Source: a virus (Duplodnaviria > Caudoviricetes). Taken from it: a stretch of DNA of 64,000 bases. This document shows, in pieces, positions 26,724 to 35,500 of the stretch. A program made the translations under genes and the position numbers. The stretch covers positions 9,707 to 73,706 of the IMG/VR virus record IMGVR_UViG_3300026085_000098. One strand, 5' to 3'. The notes beneath the pieces were generated by a model. That model made no database searches. It saw nothing but the letters and a program-made list of their open reading frames with translations, and was not told where the DNA came from. Numbering within the stretch: the stretch's first letter is position 1; each line of letters begins with the position of its first letter.

Positions 26724-27512
26724 TTAACCAAAGTCTCCTGATACGTAAGCTTTGGTTTTACGATGGTTAGGATTCTCAAAGATTTTCTTTGTGCTGCCCT
26801 TTTCGATGATCTCTCCCAAATGAAAGTATGCTGTGGTATCAGAGATACGTCTAGCCTGTTGCATATTGTGCGTCACAATAACAATAGTATAGTTTTTCTT
26901 CAACTCTAGTATCAGTTCTTCAATGGCATTGGTTGAGATTGGATCCAATGCTGAACACGGTTCGTCTAAAAGTAAAATCTGTGGATCTACTGCAATACTT
27001 CTAGCAAAGCATAATCGCTGTTGCTGTCCACCTGATAGTCCAAACGCATTGTCGTTAAGTCTATCCTTGACTTCGCTCCATAGGTTTGCTTTCTTTAAAC
27101 TGTCTTCTACGATAGCATCTAATTGCTCTCGTGTTTCTGCCATACGATGTAGTCTAGGACCATACGCAATGTTTTCGTAAATGCTCTTGGGAAAAGGATT
27201 AGGCTTTTGGAACACCATTCCAACTGATTTGCGTAGGTTGTTCACATTTGTGTATTGTGTTCTATAGATGTCTGTGCCATCAATATCAACGCTACCTTTG
27301 GTAACACAATCATCAATAAAGTCGTTCATCCTGTTAAGGGCTCTAAGGAATGTACTCTTGCCACAGCCACTTGGACCAATCAGTGCTGTTACATTGTTCT
27401 TGCGTATGTCCAAGTCCGCATTAATAATAGCGTGATTGTCTCCGTACCAGATGTTCAATCCTCGCACGTTCATCTTCGCACTCTTGTTAAGTTCTAGTGT
27501 GTCTCTTACCAT
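26724..27512 (-). CDS. pstB: Phosphate ABC transporter ATP-binding subunit
   Basis: [45 protein letters not shown]. Confidence 0.97.
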   Translation of the reverse strand: MVRDTLELNKSAKMNVRGLNIWYGDNHAIINADLDIRKNNVTALIGPSGCGKSTFLRALNRMNDFIDDCVTKGSVDIDGTDIYRTQYTNVNNLRKSVGMVFQKPNPFPKSIYENIAYGPRLHRMAETREQLDAIVEDSLKKANLWSEVKDRLNDNAFGLSGGQQQRLCFARSIAVDPQILLLDEPCSALDPISTNAIEELILELKKNYTIVIVTHNMQQARRISDTTAYFHLGEIIEKGSTKKIFENPNHRKTKAYVSGDFG

Positions 27513-28705
27513 TTTATTTCAAACCTCTTTCGTAACCAGATTGCTAATAAGTTTAATGCCACTAGGGCAACAAGTAGAACAAGGATAGCCGCACTGGTTT
27601 TCTCGGCAAAGCCTCGCTCGGGTGAGTCTGCCCATAGGAAGATTTGGACAGGTAATGTTGTAGCACTGTCTAATACACTGCTAGGAGGAACAAGAATAAA
27701 CGCAACCATACCAATCATCAGTAGTGGAGCCGATTCGCCTATGGCTCTGGCAATACCAATAATGGTTCCTGTGATAATACCAGGCATTGCCGCGGGCAAC
27801 ACTTGATAAATTGTTGTTTGTAATCTACTAGCACCAAGTCCATTTGATGCGTCACGTATTGCTTGTGGCACTGTTCTCAAGGCTGTCCTTGCTGAGATTA
27901 CGATTACGGGCAACACCAACACAGCCAGTGTGATGGCTCCAACGATACTGGCACTACGAGGCATACCAAAGAAGTTGATCAGCACTGCTAGGCCAAGCAA
28001 ACCATACACAATACTAGGTACAGCCGCTAGGTTGTTGATGTTTATCTCCATAAAGTCTCTGTAACGTCTCCAGCCTGAGCCTTTGCGTTTGGGGAACTCC
28101 TCCATATAGGTAGCACAACCTACACCTATGGGAAATGCTATACAAATAGCCAAGCCAATAGTGTAAACTGTACCTACTACTGCTCCCCAGATGCCTGCTA
28201 TCTCAGGGCTTCTACTATCTGAGTTCGTCCAGAAGTCCCAATTCCATGTGCGATAGATCGTACCTCGTTCTATTTCAGCATCAACGATATTACGCTGTGC
28301 ATCTGATAATTTATCGTATACACCTTTGACATACATATCAACATCTGTGTGTGCTACTAAAGTATATGTGCCTGGTGTTGTGATGTCTATTGTTGAATAG
28401 GCATTAGGTGTAACAAGTCCACGCAAGTTCTTCTTGCCTGTTCTATTCAGTTCTCCTACATAACCTTCGCCTACATCATATAATGCACTGTTGATTGTAC
28501 TCTTGGTACTCGACTCTATCTGTGTTACAGTTAGATCAATCTTTGTTTGTGTGAACGCACCGATGCCTCTGTAACCTAGTGTTGTAAAGAACACAATCAT
28601 TAAAACTGTGGTAAGAGTCAATGCTGCTTTACACGCATACTCAAGGCCTTTTTGTAGGCGTCTGCGTTTGCCGCTTAGTTTACTGTTTAAGTCTATCGAT
28701 TGCAT
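27506..28705 (-). CDS. pstA: Phosphate ABC transporter permease
   Basis: [51 protein letters not shown]. Confidence 0.95.
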   Translation of the reverse strand: MQSIDLNSKLSGKRRRLQKGLEYACKAALTLTTVLMIVFFTTLGYRGIGAFTQTKIDLTVTQIESSTKSTINSALYDVGEGYVGELNRTGKKNLRGLVTPNAYSTIDITTPGTYTLVAHTDVDMYVKGVYDKLSDAQRNIVDAEIERGTIYRTWNWDFWTNSDSRSPEIAGIWGAVVGTVYTIGLAICIAFPIGVGCATYMEEFPKRKGSGWRRYRDFMEININNLAAVPSIVYGLLGLAVLINFFGMPRSASIVGAITLAVLVLPVIVISARTALRTVPQAIRDASNGLGASRLQTTIYQVLPAAMPGIITGTIIGIARAIGESAPLLMIGMVAFILVPPSSVLDSATTLPVQIFLWADSPERGFAEKTSAAILVLLVALVALNLLAIWLRKRFEIKW

Positions 28706-29627
28706 TCTTATAATTCCTATATGCTATCCAGTTAAGGATGAACGTTACAACGAACAGTGTAAACGCAAGAGCAAATGCACTAAGGGTTTTCGCACTGTCA
28801 AACTCTTGGTCGCCTATGAGTAGTGTGACGATTTGAACTGTGACTGTTGTGACTGCGTTTAGAGGATTGGCTGTTAGATTTGCTGCAAGACCTGCTGCCA
28901 TAACCACAATCATAGTTTCACCGATTGCTCTTGCGATTGCCATAATAAATCCAGCGACAATGCCTGGTAATGCTGCTGGCAATATAATATCTTTTATACA
29001 CTCTTCTCGTGTGGCACCAATACCTCTAGCACCATCACGCATAGCACTGGGCACTGCTTTTATAACATCATCTGTGATTGAACTAATCAGTGGTATAATC
29101 ATTATACCCATTACTAGTCCTGCGGCCAGTGCTGACTCTGTAGCAACATCTAATCCAAATGTTACACCTATACTTCGCAGCCAAGGGCCTAGTACAATTG
29201 CAGCAAAGAATCCATATACCACTGTAGGAATTCCTGCAAGTATTTCAAGCAATGGCTTAACTATCATTCTCTGTGCAGGTTTAAGATATTCTGCCGTGTA
29301 TATTGCACTTAATAATCCTATAGGAGCAGCAATACACATTGCTATAATGGTTATAAAAAGTGTGCCCCATAACAATGGAACAAATCCAAACTCGCCTGAT
29401 GATCCTACTGAATCTGCTCTAAAGGCTGTTTGTGGGCTCCAAGTAGTATTAAAGAAAAAGTCCTGTGGTGGGACCATGGTAAAAAATTTGATTGTTTCGT
29501 AACTCAAACTTGCGACGATCGCAAATGTAATACCAATGGTGATCCAAGAACTTAAACGAAAGAAGCCTTTTAATAAATCTTCGTTGAGACCATTTTGTCT
29601 CTGTTTTGGTCCTATCCATATAAACAT
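28680..29627 (-). CDS. pstC: Phosphate ABC transporter permease
   Basis: WSPQTAFRAD, KPLLEILAGIPTVVYGFFA, RAIGETMIVVMAAG, IGDQEFDS. Confidence 0.95.
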   Translation of the reverse strand: MFIWIGPKQRQNGLNEDLLKGFFRLSSWITIGITFAIVASLSYETIKFFTMVPPQDFFFNTTWSPQTAFRADSVGSSGEFGFVPLLWGTLFITIIAMCIAAPIGLLSAIYTAEYLKPAQRMIVKPLLEILAGIPTVVYGFFAAIVLGPWLRSIGVTFGLDVATESALAAGLVMGIMIIPLISSITDDVIKAVPSAMRDGARGIGATREECIKDIILPAALPGIVAGFIMAIARAIGETMIVVMAAGLAANLTANPLNAVTTVTVQIVTLLIGDQEFDSAKTLSAFALAFTLFVVTFILNWIAYRNYKNAIDRLKQ

Positions 29628-29642
29628 CTATAACCTCATTGC

Positions 29643-29664
29643 GGAGTGGGCCGAAACCCACTCC
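29643..29664 (-). promoter_or_regulatory. pstS-pstC intergenic hairpin (mRNA stabiliser or differential expression)
   Basis: 8-bp stem ggagtggg/cccactcc with no U tract on the coding strand. Confidence 0.55.
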
Positions 29665-29674
29665 TTTTATGATC

Positions 29675-30670
29675 TTATTGTAACACGTTTGCACGTACTG
29701 TGTCAAGCTCTTTCTGTGGTAGAGGAATAAGTCCTGCATCACCTAATGAACCATCTGCACCTGCCAAGTCGTCTGACAAGTATAGTTCCATGAACTCACG
29801 CATACCTGGAATAACACCCATATGCTCTTTTTTAGCATATACATATAGTCCACGGCTTGCTGGATATGAACCGTCTGCGATTGATTCAAATGTTGGTGCT
29901 ACGCCTGAGATAGGAGAGCCCTGAATAACATCTGTGTTTTGGTCTAGGAATGAATAACCAAAGATACCATAAGCATTTGGATTGTTAGCAAGTTTCTGAA
30001 TGATAAGGTTATCATTTTCACCTGCTTCTACATACGCACCATCTTCACGGATACCATGACAGATACCTTTGAATGCTTTTTTGTCTTTTAGTTCTTTGAC
30101 CCACTTGTAAGTCTTACAACCTGATTCCATTACCAGTTCGCTCCACGCATCACGTGTTCCTGAACTTGGCGGAGGACCTAGCACTTCGATTTTAATTTTT
30201 GGGAATTTAGGATTAATTTCGCTCCAATATGTAAATGGGTTTGGAACAAGATTACCATTCTCTTGTGGAACATCTTTTGCCAGTGCTTGGAATAGTTCAC
30301 GTGGTGTGATTTCCAATGCTTCACCTGTGTTTGCCACTGCGAACACAATACCGTCATAACCCACTTTCATCTCTAGTGGTGTTACACCGTTTGCTGCACA
30401 AGTTTCTGCTTCGCTTGATTTGATTGCTCTTGAAGCATTTGTGAAGTCTGGGTGATCAACACCTGTGCCAGCACAGAATAGTTTCATACCACCGCCGGTG
30501 CCTGTTGATTCAATAACAGGAGCAGTGTTGCCCTCTGCAGCAAATGTTTCTGCTACGATTGTTGTGAAAGGATATACTGTAGAACTACCTACAACTCTAA
30601 TTTCTCGTGCTTCTGCGACAGTCGCCACAGCAAAAACGGCCACGAGTGCCGCTAACATTGATTTAACCAT
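29675..30670 (-). CDS. pstS: Phosphate-binding periplasmic protein
   Basis: Start MVKS at 30670 (SD AGGAGA); signal peptide; VGSSTVYPF, STGTGGG, NASRAIK, GPPPSSGTRD, YPASRGLYVY. Confidence 0.97.
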   Translation of the reverse strand: MVKSMLAALVAVFAVATVAEAREIRVVGSSTVYPFTTIVAETFAAEGNTAPVIESTGTGGGMKLFCAGTGVDHPDFTNASRAIKSSEAETCAANGVTPLEMKVGYDGIVFAVANTGEALEITPRELFQALAKDVPQENGNLVPNPFTYWSEINPKFPKIKIEVLGPPPSSGTRDAWSELVMESGCKTYKWVKELKDKKAFKGICHGIREDGAYVEAGENDNLIIQKLANNPNAYGIFGYSFLDQNTDVIQGSPISGVAPTFESIADGSYPASRGLYVYAKKEHMGVIPGMREFMELYLSDDLAGADGSLGDAGLIPLPQKELDTVRANVLQ

Positions 30671-30741
30671 TTTTTTCTCCTTATATGGTTTGCCCTGTTG
30701 GGCCATCATAAAATAAAGATGTAGAGTTGCCCCTACGCCGT

Positions 30742-30787
30742 TATTTATAATTTACTATAACATAAGTTTGTAACAGAAATATGACAA
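30742..30787 (-). promoter_or_regulatory. Pho box promoter plus nested T4-type late promoter for pstSCAB
   Basis: TTGTCAT-ATTT-CTGTTAC (30787-30770), exactly 10 nt upstream of a -10 TATAGT (30759-30754); TATAAATA at 30749-30742. Confidence 0.85.
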
Positions 30788-30923
30788 TACCTTTTTGCAT
30801 ATCGGGTATATCAAAATAACATAGCAAAACGGTCAGTTTTTATGCTATATAATATTGTAGAAGGAGAAAAACTAGCACTTGCTAGACTCGGATCACACAT
30901 ACATATATAGATTGGAAAACAAA

Positions 30924-31163
30924 ATGACAACTTTAGTTGCGAACACATTTGGTTGGTTAGGTTTTGCGGGCCTTGCTAACTGGTTCAAAAAATTGGCTGT
31001 AAAACTACAAGCACGTAGATTAGCCAACATCACCGTAAACGAATTATCAAGACTTTCAGACAGAGAATTAAACGATATGGGTCTTTCACGCTGTGACATT
31101 CGTTATGTTGCCGAAAAGCATTATGAAGATACTGTAAACGCAAACTTGAAAGGATGGGTGTAA
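30924..31163 (+). CDS. DUF1127 family protein
   Basis: RRLANITVNELSRLSDRELNDMGLSRCDI motif; likely start MTTLV at 30924. Confidence 0.9.
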   Translation: MTTLVANTFGWLGFAGLANWFKKLAVKLQARRLANITVNELSRLSDRELNDMGLSRCDIRYVAEKHYEDTVNANLKGWV

Positions 31164-31342
31164 TGGCTGAAGCAATTATGAAATACACATTCGCACCACT
31201 CCAAGGATTTTGGGCAGGGTTTTATAACTTCTGTGAAATCGCAGGTTATGCAAGAGCAGCATCAGAACTAGCACGCCATGGCTACTATGAAGAAGCAAAG
31301 AACTGTATGATGCAAGTTTCGAGACTACGCAATGACAGGTGA
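31163..31342 (+). CDS. Small protein coupled to DUF1127 ([19 protein letters not shown])
   Basis: TAATG overlap; start MAEA. Confidence 0.7.
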   Translation: MAEAIMKYTFAPLQGFWAGFYNFCEIAGYARAASELARHGYYEEAKNCMMQVSRLRNDR

Positions 31343-31568
31343 TATTGTAACTATGGGCGCCTACATTGGCGCAGGATTTGCTTGTTTGGGCATGGGCCTT
31401 GCAGCAATAGGTGTAGGACAAATTGTAGGTCAGTTTTTGAACGCCGCAATGGCTATGCCGCATCGTAGCACAGAACAAAACGCAAACCTATTTGTAGGTA
31501 TTGCTTTTGCCGAAGCACTTGGAATCTTTTCATTCTTAGTAGCATTGTTGTTGATGTTTGCAAGTTGA
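31332..31568 (+). CDS. atpE: F0F1 ATP synthase subunit c with a divergent polar loop
   Basis: [19 protein letters not shown] helix 1 and [24 protein letters not shown] helix 2 (proton-carrying Glu) of Rhodobacter type; loop AMAMPHRST instead of ALRNPSAA. Confidence 0.93.
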   Translation: MTGDIVTMGAYIGAGFACLGMGLAAIGVGQIVGQFLNAAMAMPHRSTEQNANLFVGIAFAEALGIFSFLVALLLMFAS

Positions 31569-31569
31569 T

Positions 31570-31800
31570 ATGCAACCTCAAGGACCGATGTCTGCAGAGA
31601 TAGTAGACAAACTCGGAGTTATCTCATTTATAATGATGACGACTCTGATAATGGTTTGTATCCTAATTGGATTCTACGCTGTGTTTGATAGTTATTCAAC
31701 ACCACAACCAAATTGGAAAGCCGCTTGTATCGAAGCAGGCGGAGTTCCAGTTCAACTAGGATCAGACTATTTCGATTGTAAAGTAATAGAAAAGTCTTGA
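31570..31800 (+). CDS. Single-TM protein with a periplasmic Cys pair
   Basis: TM helix then WKAAC...YFDC. Confidence 0.6.
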   Translation: MQPQGPMSAEIVDKLGVISFIMMTTLIMVCILIGFYAVFDSYSTPQPNWKAACIEAGGVPVQLGSDYFDCKVIEKS

Positions 31801-31825
31801 CATAAATACAATTTGCTAGTATGTT
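31797..31825 (+). promoter_or_regulatory. Sigma70 promoter with embedded late promoter
   Basis: TTGACA-N17-TATGTT; CATAAATA at 31801-31808. Confidence 0.65.
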
Positions 31826-31862
31826 AAATTATTAGCCAACATTCACACACAGGAGACACACA

Positions 31863-32159
31863 ATGAATGATATGACAAAACAAATGGAGCAATTCGCTGA
31901 CATGTTCAAATCAGCAATTCCACAAGTCAAAACTAACAAAAACGGATACGAAATCCGCACAAAGGTATTAGAGTTCGCACAGAACCAAACATGGCAAGAC
32001 TATCACGCCAAGTGGGGTCAGTTCGAAACTACTGTTAAAAAAGACGGTGACGAAGTCGTTACTGAAGTAACAATGCCAGAAGTGCCTGGCGCTGATAAAG
32101 TGCTAGAAGCAGCCGAAAAGTTCTATAACTTTGTAAGCGGTAACATAAATAAAAAGTAA
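31863..32159 (+). CDS. Conserved T4-like hypothetical protein (NGYEIR...AEKFYNFV)
   Basis: Strong SD AGGAGA in a CA-rich leader. Confidence 0.75.
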   Translation: MNDMTKQMEQFADMFKSAIPQVKTNKNGYEIRTKVLEFAQNQTWQDYHAKWGQFETTVKKDGDEVVTEVTMPEVPGADKVLEAAEKFYNFVSGNINKK

Positions 32160-32216
32160 TATAGTTTACACTAAAGTATTTTTTGGGCATAGCCTGTATA
32201 GTAATATTAAAAAAAG

Positions 32217-32282
32217 CCCTTGTTAGCAAAATCTCAAGTGCCTAGACTTTGACCCTCTAGCACTTGTAAAAGTTAGCAGGGG
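32217..32282 (+). ncRNA. Candidate structured RNA element
   Basis: 11-bp outer stem 32217-32227/32272-32282 with 3 G:U pairs plus a 7-bp inner stem caagtgc/gcacttg. Confidence 0.45.
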
Positions 32283-32299
32283 TTAACCTTGGAGTAAGT

Positions 32300-32509
32300 A
32301 TGCAAACCAAAACAAATGTTTTTTACGAAGTTTATGAATGTGTTGACGAGGAAAATGACGAATGGGCAATCCGTTCAAGTCACATGGAAGAAGAAGTTGC
32401 AGAGAAATGGATTATGGATCTTATTAAAGATAATCCCAAGTACGAAGATGTTAATTTTAGAGTTGATGAATGTACAGAGGAAACATTAACCGATCCAAAT
32501 CTGACGTGA
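32300..32509 (+). CDS. Small acidic hypothetical protein
   Basis: SD GGAG; ORF track. Confidence 0.6.
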   Translation: MQTKTNVFYEVYECVDEENDEWAIRSSHMEEEVAEKWIMDLIKDNPKYEDVNFRVDECTEETLTDPNLT

Positions 32510-35500
32510 TGGTTCTTGTGTTTGTCCTGAAACTTTGAGACCATCGCCCTCACCCTTTAAAACTATTTCAATTGTATCATTTGCATAAATTTGTTTAAAC
32601 TTGGTATAGTAATATTGATTAGTAATACTACTAAATTCTAGTGGCGCAGTTGTTCTACGACTGACACTTTGATTGATATTGTCTTGTACTTCTGTTTCTA
32701 AGAACGCCTGCGGTGTAAAGTTAAAGATAACATCTATTTCATCTGTTGCTGCAAATCCTAGTTCACCTTCATTATCAATGTTAACCATTATCTCTGTGCT
32801 TGCTGCAACAAATGTTACAAAATCTGCATCATCGATAAATTGTCTTGTACTACTTTGTGTAGAACTATCACTAAGTTCTGTAGCAGTTGTGCTATCAATA
32901 TTATAAATTACATCTATATCTTCTGTAGCTGCAAACGATACAAACTCTACATTTTCAAAATTGTAGATAAATTCTGTATCAGTTGCGCCTAATACACCAA
33001 GTTCTACTGTATCTTCAAAATTAAATGTTTTTGCTACAGTTGCTAGAGCATCTAGTTCTAGTTCACCTGTAGTTACAGGTAATGCGTATAACTGGTTGTG
33101 AGGACCGTCTACTTCAACTTCTATAAGTGGTGTTTCTACACTGTTTAATGTAGAACTTTGAGTTTGTATTGCATTAAATGTCACAAACTCTACATCTGCA
33201 AAGACATAGATAATTTGTTGATCACTTGCTGTAACAACACCTAGTTCAGCATCATCAACATAGTTGTAGATTACTTTCTCTACAGAAGTTGTTGCAATTT
33301 CTAGTTCTACAAGTGCATCTCTATTGGTTGTAAATGATGTATCAACTACCCCTAGTTTGACAAAATCTGCTGTATCATCATAAACAAAAACCCTACTTAC
33401 GGCTGCACTTGCTTCTAATTCTAATAGTTCAGTATTAGCAAACGCAAATGTATTCTCTTGAGAACTGCTTGGATCAATTTCAAGTTCTGCTTCAAACGTT
33501 GGATAGTCATAAATGATGTTTAATACTTCGCTAGATTCAATTTCCAATGCAACAGTTGTTTGAATATTACGTATAATATCTTCGTCAACTGCAACCAGTG
33601 CTTTGAATATCGCATCGTCATCAAACTCGAATATCTGTACGATAGTATCACTTGCTGCAATTTCTAATGCGCCAGTTGTTTGAACATTGCGTATAATATC
33701 TTCGTCAACTGCAACCAGTGCTTTGAATATTGCATCGTCATCAAATTCAAATATCTGTACAATAGTATCACTGGCTTCAATTTCCAATGCAATAGTTGTT
33801 TGAACATTGCGTATAATATCTTCGTCAACTGCAACCAGTGCTTTGAATATTGCATCGTCATCAAATTCAAATATCTGTACAATAGTATCACTTGCTGCAA
33901 TTTCTAAGTTTGCTGTATCTTCTATGTCATAAATGACTTTTAATACTTCACTGGCTTCGATTTCTAAGTTTGTTGTATCTTCTATGTCATAGATTATATC
34001 AGTGTCAGTTGCGCCAAGTTTGATAAATGTTGCACTATCTGCAAATACATGTGTTGTACTTGTTGTATGTGTTTCTCCTATTTCAAGTGATGGAGAATCA
34101 GTATAGTTGTAGATAATATTAGTAACATCAGTTTCACTTATTTCTAGTGTGCCTGTATCTGATACTGCAACCGTAATTTCAAACGGATAAAGAGCATCGA
34201 TTTCTAGTGCGCCTGTTGTAGTACTAGCATAACTTTGCGTACTAACATCACTAGCATCAATTTCTAGTGCGCCTGTTGTAGTACTAGCATAACTTTGCGT
34301 ACTAACATCACTAGCATCGATTTCTAATTCACCTAGGTTATGCGTATAGTCAGTATAGTTGAATAGCACCGTTTGTGTGGCTGCATCACCTAATTCAAGT
34401 TCACCTAAATTGTGTGTATAATCTGTATAATTGTATAGTATTTCAAATGCGTCTGCATCGCCAATAACAAGCGGTGTTGTATCAATGCTACCAAGTGTTA
34501 CAACAATACCTGTCGCGCCGCCTTTGATAAATGCACCTGTGTCAACAAAGTCATAAAGTGTTTTTGTTGTAAAGGTTGTACCTATTTCAAGTTCTGCGGT
34601 GTTATCTAATCCAATGTAACTTACTAGGTGCGGTGAAGTTGCATCAATCTCAAGTTCACCTAAGTTATGAGTATAATCAGTATAGTTGTATATTAAGCCT
34701 GCACTTGCATCTGCTTCAACTTCTATATCTCTCGCAACACTTGTAGACCATAGAAGCATATCATCAAGATTAGCAGGATCACCTTGATAATATCTTATCT
34801 CATCAAATTGAAAACCTGAAGTTGTTAAGTTATAAGTTTGGTTATTAAAGGTTGCTGCAACAAAACTTAAACCACGAGGATTAGTATCTAACAGAATTGC
34901 CTGTTTTCCATTACGTGTAATTGCAGTTGCCCTAGGCTTGTCATAATTATAATAACTACGTGTACCTAATACTGTTTGACTATTAGACAGATGTCTGATT
35001 GCATGTTGTATAACACCTGCTTTCCAAAACGTTATGTAAACTTCATTGTCGTTTAAATCATAGCCTGTTTCATTTACCGCTGTATTGATATTTGCTATCA
35101 TATCATTAACAAATGGACTGTTTGTAGAACTAAATTCTAAAACATATTCATAGACACTTTGTGATGATAGTCTATAAGAACTAGACACTGAAAGAACTTC
35201 AACAGGATTAAATCCTTGTCTAGGTTTGTATGTTGTAGAAATAGAATCATCTGCGTCAATTTCTGTAGTAATAGTGTCTGTAGGTATATTGTATCTTACA
35301 TTTGTTTCCGCTTGAGATGTTTCAAGTTCTAATTCAACAGTAGTTACAATATTATAAACTTTTTCTATCACACTTGTTACACCAATCAATAATGGTGTAA
35401 CTTCTACGGTTGCACTGATTGATACAATAGATGTAGGTGTTATAAGAGCAAACTGTGCTGTATCATCATAAACAAACTTTTTGCCAACGGTATCAGACGC

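Noticed and set aside
28840-29502. 220-aa plus-strand ORF and similar long antisense ORFs (3735, 19154, 20377, 46287, 49307)
   Set aside because: Antisense shadows of well-supported genes; low-complexity translations with no SD or promoter.
26724-31568. Host chromosomal contamination or prophage boundary
   Set aside because: The block contains T4-type late promoters, lacks phoU/phoB and other atp genes, and is translationally linked to phage-type neighbours. Read-level confirmation is still advisable.
31863-32159. Phasin (PHA granule protein) call
   Set aside because: Only the first 20 residues look phasin-like; the NGYEIR...FYNFV pattern fits a T4-like hypothetical family instead.
33541-34320. 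Regular direct repeats as a CRISPR array
   Set aside because: They are in-frame 120-bp and 60-bp tandem units with no unique spacers, inside a long ORF; no cas genes are present.
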